A stretch of 64,000 nt of DNA, taken from an uncultured candidate division Zixibacteria bacterium (GTDB lineage: Bacteria > Zixibacteria > MSB-5A5 > GN15 > PGXB01). Below are positions 1 through 10,694 of the stretch, one piece after another. The stretch spans positions 3,648,001 to 3,712,000 of the forward strand of contig OY969724.1 of NCBI GenBank assembly GCA_963702205.1. Reading direction: 5' to 3'. The notes under the pieces are model-generated. The model worked only from the letters and a program-made list of their open reading frames with translations, did not search any database and had not been told where the DNA came from. The translations under genes were made by a program, and so were the position numbers. Position 1 is the first letter of the stretch. The number at the start of each line of letters is the position of its first letter.

Positions 1-42
1 CAAGGCCGGTATATTGATTATAGGTTGAGCCTCACTCAACAA
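1..42 (-). CDS. 5' end of a gene running off the window (M/L-SEAQPIINIPAL...), product unknown
   Basis: On the minus strand a GGAGGGAGG RBS precedes TTG TTG, and the frame stays open to base 1. Confidence 0.4.
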   Translation of the reverse strand, partial: MLSEAQPIINIPAL

Positions 43-423
43 ACGCCTCCCTCCCTCTGACCCATATATCGTTCCTCGTGTGTTCGTGCATCTTTGACCG
101 AAAAACTAAACACCCTATCACCCTGCGCCACAACCGTGGACCGTTAAACATGGAGGTAGTTTGCCTATGGTGAGGTAGAGGCCGCTTTGACACCGACGAG
201 TCAAATCGTTAGGTAAGCAGCTCAGCCATTTGTTTTTTTTATTCTTCGCAGTCGTATGACCGCTCCGCTGCAATCGCCCCCTCGGCATCGGCGCGGACCG
301 GAAAAGAGGAAGATAAAATCTCCGCACCTATCGTCCTTTTTCCTCCAGGGCTGTGGAGAGTCGGCGCCCGACGACTTCAAGGACGGCGCCATATCGGGGG
401 CAAATTAGTCCGCGATACGAACC

Positions 424-449
424 GCCCCCCGCCCGAGCGGGGGGCTTTT
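424..449 (+). terminator. Intrinsic terminator-like hairpin
   Basis: GCCCCCCGC-ccga-GCGGGGGGC followed by TTTT. Confidence 0.6.
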
Positions 450-669
450 GATTGTACCCCTGCACCTGTGGGATATAACCCACACTCCGTCCCAAAATCG
501 ATTTTTCAAAATCTTCCAAAACTGCTCAATCTTTGCACATTTTGATATATAACAACATGTCCCGCCACATGTTACAACGTCACCCACAATACCCCTCCCC
601 TGCGGCATCCGGCTTGCAAATCTATTAAGAGCAAGAAGTTGAAAACCCGAACCAAGGCAGGTTTGACCA

Positions 670-888
670 ATGAGAGTCAAGTTTACACTGACCATGGATG
701 ATGTCACCGTTGAAGGTAAACAGATCGACACCATCATACTCGACTGGATTTCGGACATGGAGTACAACGACGTACTCAAGGTTTCACACAACTGGATCAC
801 GTCGCAGAATTTCCTGACCCAGCGCATGACCGGATTGTCGCGCGTCGGGGAATCCTCGCTGACGATTGAGCCGATGGAAGATTTTTAG
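670..888 (+). CDS. Small hypothetical protein (72 aa)
   Basis: ATG ORF with host-like codons; first of three tightly spaced ORFs. Confidence 0.7.
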   Translation: MRVKFTLTMDDVTVEGKQIDTIILDWISDMEYNDVLKVSHNWITSQNFLTQRMTGLSRVGESSLTIEPMEDF

Positions 889-900
889 GAGCCGCGCATC

Positions 901-1209
901 ATGGAACAAATAATCAACTACGTGCTCGGCCTCCTGAAATTCGTGCCCGATTCACTGGAAGCGGTCAAGCAGCTTATCCAGCAGCAATTCGGGACCGCCG
1001 GTGTAATCGCGGCGACCATTTTCGTCGTGAGCCTAATCGCTCTGCTCTTGTCCAAGGTTCTCAAAGCCGGTTTCAATATCGTGCGCTACGTGGTGCTGCC
1101 GTCGGTGGTCGTGACCTTCATCGCCACCTACTTTCTGCCGTACTCGTTCGCCTATATCCTGCCGGTGACGGTTTCCTTCTTCTCGGTTGTACTTATGATC
1201 AAAGGTTAA
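901..1209 (+). CDS. Small hypothetical membrane protein (~3 TM)
   Basis: AGGAG RBS; hydrophobic segments. Confidence 0.75.
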   Translation: MEQIINYVLGLLKFVPDSLEAVKQLIQQQFGTAGVIAATIFVVSLIALLLSKVLKAGFNIVRYVVLPSVVVTFIATYFLPYSFAYILPVTVSFFSVVLMIKG

Positions 1210-1230
1210 TTCAAACACACGGGTGTACCG

Positions 1231-1659
1231 ATGACTAAAAAAACGAACGGCAGAAAAAAAGACGACGACAATGAAATCGAAAGAATCCGCGTGCGGCCCG
1301 ACGCCGCCGATCTGGAGACGCCTTTCGACGACGAGGAAGATCCCGACGGACGAGTCTTCATCGAGTGTCCCGGCGCGACCATATACGATCCCGAAACGCG
1401 GCAAATTGTCAGCGGTGTTAAATTCGTCGACGAGAGCGATCCCTCGCTCGGTTACGAAATTATCGACAAGCAGGTTTTCGCACCGAACCATCGCCGCCGC
1501 CGTCTGGTCAAGAAAGAGCACGTCGGATTGATACGCCGTTGTCAGGCGTGTCAGGATTTGACGGTACGTATGATTCGCTCGGAGGGAGCCGATTTTTGTG
1601 TCCCGAATCCCCGTTTTCCGCATCGAAAACGGCTTAAATCGGTCGAAAAAAACTGGTAA
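1231..1659 (+). CDS. Hypothetical protein, possibly Zn-binding
   Basis: 142-aa ORF with RCQACQ plus other Cys/His; acidic N-terminus, basic C-terminus. Confidence 0.7.
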   Translation: MTKKTNGRKKDDDNEIERIRVRPDAADLETPFDDEEDPDGRVFIECPGATIYDPETRQIVSGVKFVDESDPSLGYEIIDKQVFAPNHRRRRLVKKEHVGLIRRCQACQDLTVRMIRSEGADFCVPNPRFPHRKRLKSVEKNW

Positions 1660-1745
1660 GTTCATTTTAATTTTTTATATCAAAAACCAGTCTCACATTC
1701 GATGTAATCAATTGCCCGCCAATTGGATAATATGGCACTTTTCCC

Positions 1746-1774
1746 TTGCTGAGGTGTATAAATAATGTTATATT
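1746..1774 (+). promoter_or_regulatory. Sigma70-like promoter of dciA-gyrB
   Basis: TTGCTG-17bp-TATATT with extended TG; ATG lies 8 nt after the -10. Confidence 0.55.
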
Positions 1775-1782
1775 AAAGGGTT

Positions 1783-2097
1783 ATGGTAAACCAACCGGAC
1801 GGCCGCCAGCGGTCGGCCCCCAAACGGCTGGGATCGCTCATTGACGGGCTTCTGGGCCGCATGGGCCTGGCCTCGACGCTTGCCGGATGGAGGATTGTCA
1901 ACGCCTGGCCTGAAATCGTCGGCGAGAAAGTCGCTGAGGTTACACGACCGATCCGCTACGAGGACAGCACTCTGATCGTATCGGTCCCGGATGCAGGCTG
2001 GCGCCAGGAATTACACCTCCAGATTGACACGATACTGGACAAGATTCATGAACTACCCGGCGGCAAGGTGGTTAAAAAAATTCGCTTCACGGCATAG
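1783..2097 (+). CDS. DUF721/DciA family protein
   Basis: W-PEIVGE...LIVSVPDAGWRQEL motif; typical position upstream of gyrB. Confidence 0.85.
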   Translation: MVNQPDGRQRSAPKRLGSLIDGLLGRMGLASTLAGWRIVNAWPEIVGEKVAEVTRPIRYEDSTLIVSVPDAGWRQELHLQIDTILDKIHELPGGKVVKKIRFTA

Positions 2098-2101
2098 ATA
2101 A

Positions 2102-4075
<1,974 letters not shown>

Positions 4076-4116
4076 AATATTGCCATAATTATATAATTTT
4101 TATTAAATGATTTCTC

Positions 4117-4248
4117 GTAGGGCAAAACCCTTTCGAAGACCCTGATCTTTTGAAGGGTAGTGGTTCTGCCTTTTTTTATCTTATATAACGGCAGGACCGA
4201 GGCGCGAGGCTCACTTCGAATACTCAGTGCAGGTGGGCCCTGCTCTAC
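4117..4248. repeat. GTAG-type REP doublet with inserted hairpin modules
   Basis: GTAGGGCAAAACC...GGTTCTGCC facing GTAGAGCAGGGCC...GGTCCTGCC (reverse); related to 35531-35559 and the RAYT-flanking REPs. Confidence 0.7.
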
Positions 4249-4405
4249 CCGATTAGCAATCAATATGTGATTGCGATTTCTATGTAATTCCATTAATTCA
4301 TCCTGAACATAATCGCCGGTGAACCGTAATAAAATAGACATATACTATCTATCTTATGTGATAAACCTGTAACTCGAACCGTATAGTTTAACGAAAGGAT
4401 TTATT

Positions 4406-4750
4406 ATGCACGGTTTCTGTCACATTGAAATTCCGGTTAAAAACAGCGAAAAGCTCGGACAGTTCTATGCCGACGTTTTCGACTGGAAAATCACGGCTTT
4501 CGAAGGTATGGATTATACCATCTTCAAGCCGGATGATGGTGTCGGCGGCGGGTTCGACCGTGAAAACACACCGGTCGCCGAGGGCGGCATCACGCTGTAC
4601 ATCGAAGTTGAAGACATCGATGCAGTCCTGAGTAAAGTCGCCGATAATGGCGGAAAAGTTATGAAACCGAAATTTGCCATCCCCAATGTCGGGCATATCG
4701 CGCTGTTTGCCGACCCCGATGGCAACAGAATGGGCCTCTGGTCGAAGTAA
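4406..4750 (+). CDS. VOC/glyoxalase family protein
   Basis: CHIEIPV...FYADVFDW...FADPDGNRMGLW. Confidence 0.9.
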   Translation: MHGFCHIEIPVKNSEKLGQFYADVFDWKITAFEGMDYTIFKPDDGVGGGFDRENTPVAEGGITLYIEVEDIDAVLSKVADNGGKVMKPKFAIPNVGHIALFADPDGNRMGLWSK

Positions 4751-4776
4751 CCGTTCGGCCTTTGGCTGGCCACAAT

Positions 4777-4822
4777 GCCCTGACTTGCGGTAATATCCCC
4801 CTCACCGCGGTCAGGGCTTTTT
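4777..4822 (+). terminator. Intrinsic terminator after VOC gene
   Basis: GCCCTGAC...GTCAGGGC followed by T-tract. Confidence 0.6.
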
Positions 4823-4874
4823 AATTTGGATTTGGGTCGTCCATATCTTGCTGTGGGTTCTTATGATTTTTTCA

Positions 4875-5274
4875 GCGGCGTCAGGAATCCTTTCCTGACG
4901 CTCTTGAACCGAATCTGAATGCTGTCGGGAAAGGGTTCCCGACAGCGCTTGATTTATGACAGTGCGTATCTACATCAACGGCCCCACGGCAAGCCGTGGG
5001 TGACCGCCCGGCCGTGGGCGGCAGATGTCCACATCTGCCCCTTTTTCCCCTAATCATTTAGGAGTGTTCCGTCGGGTGTTGATTTCGACAAAGTCGAAAT
5101 TGTCACCCGACGGAATCCATTAAAAGACCGTAGGGTCACATCTCGACGACGTCGGGACAAGACCCTGCGGAACTAAAAAAAGCCGTGGGTGGTCCCGCCC
5201 GTGGGCGGCAGATGTCCACATCTGCCCCTCTTCCCCGCAATCAAGTGACCGGCAGCCTCCCCTCATCTGCCGGT
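4875..5274. repeat. Mosaic REP cluster (BIME-like): GCGC-type doublet 4875-4948, GTGG-type 5014-5040 and 5201-5227, GTTC-type doublet 5063-5181, GTGA-type 5245-5274
   Basis: Multiple palindromes, each recurring elsewhere in the window. Confidence 0.8.
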
Positions 5275-5379
5275 TCTTCTGTACAATCGACAAAATATTG
5301 ACCTCTAATCTTCCATTGACTTTCCTATCCTCTCCGAGTTTCTTTGTCGTAAATAGAATACAGAATAAAGGAGAATATT

Positions 5380-5922
5380 ATGTCCGACGTTGCAGATGAA
5401 CTCTGGCCCGAACTGAAGTGGATTAAAAGCGATGAGCTTCGTCACCAAACCGCCGCCACCTGGAAACTGGCGCTTGAAAAAAGCCCGCTGACGGCCAAAG
5501 ATCTCGATGAAATCCCGTTCACGCTTTTGATCAAGGACTGCCCGGTATCGTTCATGGCTCACAAGCGCGCGGTAGTGCATATAGCCTTTGAATCGGCCAA
5601 AGTCATGGCGCATTTCTTCGGCAATAACCTGCCGTTCGATATGGACGTCGTGGTGGCCGGGGCGATCCTGGCCGACGTCGGCAAGCTGCTCGAGTACGAC
5701 AAAATCGGCGGCAAAGCGGTGGTTTCGGATATGGGCAAATATGTCCGGCATCCCTTTTCCGGAGTCGCGCTGGCGATGGCCTGCGGTGTCCCGGACAATG
5801 TCTGCCATATAATAGCGGCCCACGCCGGTGAAGGCGACATGGTCAAGCGCACGGCTGAGGCGTTCATAGTGCACCATGCCGATTTTATGAGCTACGAGCC
5901 GTTCAAGAATCTGGCGAAATAA
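5380..5922 (+). CDS. HD-superfamily (HDIG-like) protein
   Basis: AHKRAV...ILADVGK...RHPFSG...AAH...HHAD pattern; canonical HD is AD here. Confidence 0.8.
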   Translation: MSDVADELWPELKWIKSDELRHQTAATWKLALEKSPLTAKDLDEIPFTLLIKDCPVSFMAHKRAVVHIAFESAKVMAHFFGNNLPFDMDVVVAGAILADVGKLLEYDKIGGKAVVSDMGKYVRHPFSGVALAMACGVPDNVCHIIAAHAGEGDMVKRTAEAFIVHHADFMSYEPFKNLAK

Positions 5923-5987
5923 GCGCCCGGAACCCGCTTGGCTCTCCCGGGGTTTTATGGTAAAACCTCTTTAACCGGGAGAAAACG

Positions 5988-6530
5988 ATGAAAAAGATAC
6001 TGGGCTTCGCTTTCTTTATAGTCTTTATCCTGCCGATTATCGCCGGAGCGGCCGACAGCCTCAAAGTCGGCGATCCGATACCCGATTTCAAGCTTCCCTA
6101 CGCCACCAAAGATTCAATAAATTTCGATGGCATCTCCAACAAAGATATGCTCGGGGAGCGCTATATGCTGGCCTTTTTCCCGGCGGCGTGGTCGGGCGGC
6201 TGCACCACCGAGATGTGCAGCTTCCGCGATAATTTCAAGCGGTTCGAAAACCTCGGCGTAAAGATTCTGGCCATATCGGGTGATTACGTTTTCAGCCTGC
6301 ACGAATGGGCCAAATACCAGAATTTCGATTTTAAGCTCCTCGGCGACGAAACCCGAAATTACGGCCGAAAAGTCGGCGTGTATATGCCGAATAATGGCCG
6401 GTTCCATCGCTCGGTTTTCGTGGTCGGCCCCGACGGCAAGCTTGAATATGTCGATTACGATTATTCTGTCAAAGATGACACCGATTACAATGCGCTGGTG
6501 AAATTCCTCGATTCGGTGAAGAAAAAGTAG
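5988..6530 (+). CDS. Exported peroxiredoxin (BCP/AhpC-TSA-like)
   Basis: Signal peptide; FFPAAWSGGCTTEMC; RSVFVVGPDG. Confidence 0.88.
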   Translation: MKKILGFAFFIVFILPIIAGAADSLKVGDPIPDFKLPYATKDSINFDGISNKDMLGERYMLAFFPAAWSGGCTTEMCSFRDNFKRFENLGVKILAISGDYVFSLHEWAKYQNFDFKLLGDETRNYGRKVGVYMPNNGRFHRSVFVVGPDGKLEYVDYDYSVKDDTDYNALVKFLDSVKKK

Positions 6531-6587
6531 TCAGGCGTAGGTCAATCCCGACGCTCTTTTGCTGACCAGCGCTCGGGCGGATGTGGA

Positions 6588-6740
6588 GAGGCTGTCCCAA
6601 AAGTACTCTTTTTAAGTTCCGCGGGGTCTTGTCCCGACGAAGTCGGGATGTGACCCTGCGGTCTTTCAACGGCTTCCGTCGGGTGACAATTTCGACTGCG
6701 TCGAAATCAACACCCGACGGAACACTTTTGGGACAGCCTC
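6588..6740. mobile_element. 153-bp MITE with 17-bp perfect TIRs and 4-bp TGGA target duplication
   Basis: GAGGCTGTCCCAAAAGT at both ends in inverted orientation; TGGA at 6584-6587 and 6741-6744. Confidence 0.85.
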
Positions 6741-6793
6741 TGGACATCTGCCGCGCACAGAATGCGGTGAAGAAATAGGCAACTTGTTATTAT

Positions 6794-7049
6794 GTTCTGC
6801 CGGGTCTTGCGTCCCGATTTATCGGGACGTGTGACTTGGCAGTCTTGTCGGCTTTCTCTCCTGACTTCGTCAGGATTCGGAAGCCGACCTACTGGTTTTT
6901 CAACAAGCCCCTTGCGGTGGGTGAAATAGATCATGTAGGTCAAGCCTCTTTCGAGGCTTGACATTTTTTTGTGTCAAATCTATAAGGAGATTTGACCTAC
7001 AAGAAAGCCACAATAAATAAAAGCGCCGTCAGGAATCCTTTCCTGGCGG
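6794..7049. repeat. Mosaic REP cluster: GTTC-type 6794-6842, GTAG-type 6846-6892, GTAG doublet 6935-7000, GCGC-type 7023-7049
   Basis: Palindromes with GTAGGTC/GACCTAC ends and homologous copies elsewhere. Confidence 0.75.
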
Positions 7050-7102
7050 TTTTCATTTATTCGGGCTATGACAAACAGCCAACCCCATTTTTCTATTTTG
7101 GG

Positions 7103-7127
7103 GCAACATTTGGCTGGAATTTCCGTC
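7103..7127 (+). promoter_or_regulatory. ECF sigma-type promoter candidate
   Basis: GCAAC-16bp-CGTC, about 40 nt upstream of the ATG at 7169. Confidence 0.4.
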
Positions 7128-7168
7128 AAATACAACAAATGCCAAAAAATAAACAGGAGAACATCCCG

Positions 7169-7912
7169 ATGAAAATATCTGTAACGCTGTTTCTGTCCCT
7201 AATTTTCATTTTCTCCATAGCCGGTGCCGACGAAACCAGCCACCGCTTCCACAGCAATAAGCCCGAGGGGACTCACTCATACAGAGTGGGTGATTATGTC
7301 AAGGCAGATAAAAATTTTGATTTCGACTACGATTATGACTATGACTTCGATTTTGATTTTAACAACGATTTCAGCCGCACCATCAATATCAAACCAATTC
7401 ATAAAATCGACAGAAAAACCAGGCACTATGTTCGCTACAAACCGGGCATTCTCGATGGCATGGATTTAGACTACCACGGCTCGACATTGATAATTTCCAA
7501 TGACCGTCGTGGTGACGAGGTTAAAATTACGGAAGACCACAATTTATACATCAATGGTGACAAGGTCGAATTGGATTCGGAACAGCGAGAAGTGGTCGGC
7601 GATTTCTATGAAAAAACCATGCACCTGACCGAACAGGCAAGGATCGTAGGTAAGGAAGGCGCAAGGGTCGGACTAAAGGGTGCCAGGCTGGGACTTTCGG
7701 CAATTTTCAAAATCATCCATCTCCTGTCACCCGACTACGATTCCGATGATATGGAACGGGAAATGGATGCCGAAGCATCGCTGATCGAGGATCAGGCCAA
7801 TGATCTGGGGCGTTATGCCGAGGATCTCGAAGATTCGGCCGAGGAAGTCCAGGATTTGGCCGACCGGATGTGCGACAAGATACCGGAAATCGACAGACTG
7901 GGATGGTTTTAA
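7169..7912 (+). CDS. Secreted DUF2884/YggN-like protein
   Basis: AGGAG RBS; signal peptide; ITEDHNLYINGDKVELDSEQRE motif; helical C-terminus ending MCDKIPEI. Confidence 0.7.
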   Translation: MKISVTLFLSLIFIFSIAGADETSHRFHSNKPEGTHSYRVGDYVKADKNFDFDYDYDYDFDFDFNNDFSRTINIKPIHKIDRKTRHYVRYKPGILDGMDLDYHGSTLIISNDRRGDEVKITEDHNLYINGDKVELDSEQREVVGDFYEKTMHLTEQARIVGKEGARVGLKGARLGLSAIFKIIHLLSPDYDSDDMEREMDAEASLIEDQANDLGRYAEDLEDSAEEVQDLADRMCDKIPEIDRLGWF

Positions 7913-7986
7913 ATAACAGGTAGCCCCGTTTGCGGGGCGACCCCTCACTGCCTTAATATTCCCGCGACAGCGGGAAGTCTTCAGCA

Positions 7987-8014
7987 GGGGAAATTCTTAA
8001 CCGGGAATTTCCCC
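7987..8014. terminator. Hairpin, probable terminator
   Basis: GGGGAAATTC...GAATTTCCCC. Confidence 0.5.
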
Positions 8015-8079
8015 TAATTTTATGCCCTCGTCATCTATACCGTTGCCAGACTGCTAATTTTAACTATCTTATCACCCTG

Positions 8080-8979
8080 ATGAATACACCGGAACCGACA
8101 TCGCCGAACGGACAAAGCCTTCTGGAACTGACCCCGGGCGTCAAATATATTTTGCTGTCCTCTTTCTTTTTCGCCCTGATGTTTGCCGGCGTGAAAATGC
8201 TGCAGAGAATCCCGAGCCACGAAATAGTCTTTTTCCGTGCCATTGTCACCCTCGCGATCGGCTATGTCATGATCGTCAGGGCCGGGCTGAAACCGTGGGG
8301 CAACAATAAAAGGCTGCTTATATTTCGAGGGCTGGCCGGGACCTCGGCACTTATCTGCCTTTTCTACACGCTCCAGAAAATGCCGCTGGCCTCGGCGGTG
8401 ACCATCCACCATCTTTCGCCTATTTTCACCGTCCTGATTTCGAGTATTATTCTCCGCGAAAACGCCCGCCCGATCCAGTGGGTCTTTCTGGTGGTCGCAT
8501 TCGGCGGCGTGGTGATGGTTAAAGGCTTCGACCCACGTATCACGATTCCCGAGCTTCTTGTCGGGATTTGCGCGGCGTTTTCGTCGGCCCTGGCCTACAA
8601 TTTCGTCCGCAAACTCAAAGATTTCGATCATCCTCTGGTGGTTGTATTTTATTTCCCGTTGGTGACGGTTCCGATCGTCGGCCTGTACTGCCTGACCGAC
8701 TGGACCTGGCCGACTTCGTACGAACTGGTGATTCTGATTATCGTAGGCATTTTGACAACGGTCGCTCAGATATTTTTGACCAAAGCCTATCAAACCGACC
8801 GCGCTTCGAATATCAGCACTTTCAATTATCTGGGGGTCGTCTACGCCCTGATAATCGGCTTTGTCTTTTTCTCCGAAACTCTTCCACCGCTGGCGCTGGT
8901 TGGGATAGGCGTAATTCTGGCCGGAGTTATAATGTCCAATCGATTTAAGATAAAACCGGCCCGGGAAAATCAGGCCTGA
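8080..8979 (+). CDS. DMT/EamA family transporter
   Basis: About 10 TM, duplicated EamA pattern (EIVFFRA, LSPIFT, LRE). Confidence 0.9.
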   Translation: MNTPEPTSPNGQSLLELTPGVKYILLSSFFFALMFAGVKMLQRIPSHEIVFFRAIVTLAIGYVMIVRAGLKPWGNNKRLLIFRGLAGTSALICLFYTLQKMPLASAVTIHHLSPIFTVLISSIILRENARPIQWVFLVVAFGGVVMVKGFDPRITIPELLVGICAAFSSALAYNFVRKLKDFDHPLVVVFYFPLVTVPIVGLYCLTDWTWPTSYELVILIIVGILTTVAQIFLTKAYQTDRASNISTFNYLGVVYALIIGFVFFSETLPPLALVGIGVILAGVIMSNRFKIKPARENQA

Positions 8980-9407
8980 TCCGAACCTTCCGGCAGCTCC
9001 AGAATGTCATCGAGCAGGCGGTCGAGCGCATCCTGTTCTTTTTCGGTAAACCCGAGCAACTGCTGAGAGTCATCTGAAGTATTTTCGCCGGATGTCATCT
9101 CTTCGACTTCACGGTGCGTCAGGAAGCGGATGCCGGTCTGGCTGACGTCATTATGGGATTTGGACCATACCGTCTGGCCTGGAATAACTTTCGGAAAATC
9201 GTCTTTGTCGAGATATATATGAACGAGAACGTATGAATTATCGCCGATTTCTTCGGTCAGTTCGATCATCACGCCGCTGGCGCTGATATTTTTGGTCTTG
9301 CCCTCAACGCCTTCCGGCGGGGGCTTTTTGTCCCCGGTTAAGTTCTTCAGTGAAAGCGGCTTAACCAGGGCATCCAGCTCCAGATTGGATCTCTTGTAGT
9401 ATCGCAT
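8970..9407 (-). CDS. PilZ domain protein
   Basis: RYYKR (RxxxR) and NISASG (D/NxSxxG); G-x-x-VW and GIRF; start uncertain. Confidence 0.8.
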   Translation of the reverse strand: MRYYKRSNLELDALVKPLSLKNLTGDKKPPPEGVEGKTKNISASGVMIELTEEIGDNSYVLVHIYLDKDDFPKVIPGQTVWSKSHNDVSQTGIRFLTHREVEEMTSGENTSDDSQQLLGFTEKEQDALDRLLDDILELPEGSDQA

Positions 9408-9475
9408 TCTATATCTATTATCGGATAAAAATATGCCGGAATTCAGCCAAAAATGCGGCCGGATGTGGTGAAATA

Positions 9476-9937
9476 CTACTTTTTGACGGAGTCTTCCGGG
9501 AAAAGCGACTGAAGGTCTTCGGGAAGCTGAACCCTGGGCGCTGCGATGCCCAGCCAGCGCTGGTACCATTTCCAGTTCTTCTTTTCGGCCTTCATGAATT
9601 TCTTGATTTTTTTCTCGCGCTCGAACGCGATGGCATCGTACTTCTCTATTTTCTGAAGGAGATTTTCGACATTTTCCCGGCGCTCCATCGCCGTCCGGAA
9701 ATTATCGTAATCCTTGAAATTAAACAATGATTGTACTACCGGCTCGAAAAAAACCATCACCTGTGATCCGATATAATTGAGCGGCTTGACCGACTCCAGA
9801 AACAATATCGCCGGGACGGCCATGCGCCACTTGATCACTTTCCTGGCGACCTTTTCCAGCACGGCGTTTTCTTCCTCGGGAATGTCCGGATGTCCGCTCT
9901 CGGGCGGGTCGACCGGTCCTTTGAACAGCGACATCAC
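9476..9937 (-). CDS. Conserved hypothetical protein
   Basis: VPAILFLESVKPLNYIGSQ motif; overlaps the upstream stop. Confidence 0.8.
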   Translation of the reverse strand: MMSLFKGPVDPPESGHPDIPEEENAVLEKVARKVIKWRMAVPAILFLESVKPLNYIGSQVMVFFEPVVQSLFNFKDYDNFRTAMERRENVENLLQKIEKYDAIAFEREKKIKKFMKAEKKNWKWYQRWLGIAAPRVQLPEDLQSLFPEDSVKK

Positions 9938-10458
9938 GCGATCTCCCCCAATTCGCGTCTGCGAATTTCTTCGATCTTACGAATCACATAAGCCATCACG
10001 GCGTCTTTATTGCCTGAAAAACGTATGTACACCCCCCGAAAATTTTCCAGCCTCGACGGCCGTCCGAATGGCGATAACAGGACACCGTTTTTGTCCGGAT
10101 AGTACGACCGGTACTGCGACCATTTCCTGGTCTGGCGTTGAGTGGTCGATTTGATAAATATCTCGTTTTCGGTGAAAGTGTATTTTGTCGGGAAATAGTA
10201 CGCCGCCAGCGAGCCGGTTAAAATGATTACGGCCAGGACCGTGAAGATCATCGAAAAAGTCCAGAAGTAAATACCCAGAACGACCAGAGCGATAAATACC
10301 GTGACTATGACCGTCCGCGTCTTATTCCGTTTGGCCGGATGACAGACCCACTCCAGAACTTCACCGTCGACAATTTCAGTCGGCTCGGCCGGTTCGGATT
10401 TTTCGGTTTCGGATTCAAACTCAAGAGACAGCTGCTTTTTTTTATCGTCTTCGCTCAT
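9934..10458 (-). CDS. Hypothetical 2-TM membrane protein with soluble C-terminal domain
   Basis: WVCHP, two TM helices, YYFPTKY...GVLLSPFGRPSRLENFRG. Confidence 0.8.
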   Translation of the reverse strand: MSEDDKKKQLSLEFESETEKSEPAEPTEIVDGEVLEWVCHPAKRNKTRTVIVTVFIALVVLGIYFWTFSMIFTVLAVIILTGSLAAYYFPTKYTFTENEIFIKSTTQRQTRKWSQYRSYYPDKNGVLLSPFGRPSRLENFRGVYIRFSGNKDAVMAYVIRKIEEIRRRELGEIA

Positions 10459-10466
10459 ACAATGGA

Positions 10467-10694
10467 TCAGTTCTCTTTTTTCAGATCCTCCGGCGTCCGG
10501 TAGCGTTGTTTTTTGACTTCCTGCATCTTGTCAAGAAATTCCCTGGGGTCGATAATTTTCTTGTCGATCAACAACCCCACCAGCGCTTCCTGGGCAAGAT
10601 TATTGGACAGGGCCAGTTCCTCAAAAGAAATCTCCCGTTCCTTGCCGTCGATCATCATCTTGAGCGCGAATTTTTTATCGGTCACGTCGTTCAT
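10467..10694 (-). CDS. Small hypothetical protein (75 aa)
   Basis: AAAGGA RBS; in operon order. Confidence 0.7.
   Translation of the reverse strand: MNDVTDKKFALKMMIDGKEREISFEELALSNNLAQEALVGLLIDKKIIDPREFLDKMQEVKKQRYRTPEDLKKEN

Noticed and set aside
167..240. GTAGAGGCCGC resembling the start of a lysine riboswitch
   Set aside because: Too short, the downstream conserved elements are missing, and no lysine gene follows.
460..600. oriC upstream of the dciA-gyrB region
   Set aside because: Only degenerate CCACA motifs; no cluster of good TTATCCACA boxes and no dnaA visible.
4117..4170. GGGCAAAACC...GAA resembling a c-di-GMP-I riboswitch
   Set aside because: No GACGCAAA/P3 element; better explained as a GTAG REP homologous to 35531-35559.
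6896..6910. TTTTTCAACAAGCCC as the end of a second MITE
   Set aside because: It looks like an IS end, but I found no matching left TIR or clear target duplication.
6469..7168. ORFs 6469-6747, 6581-6778, 6707-6964 and the 6992 extension; also 31252-31473 and 32622-32831
   Set aside because: They are translations of REP/MITE palindromes and lack an RBS.
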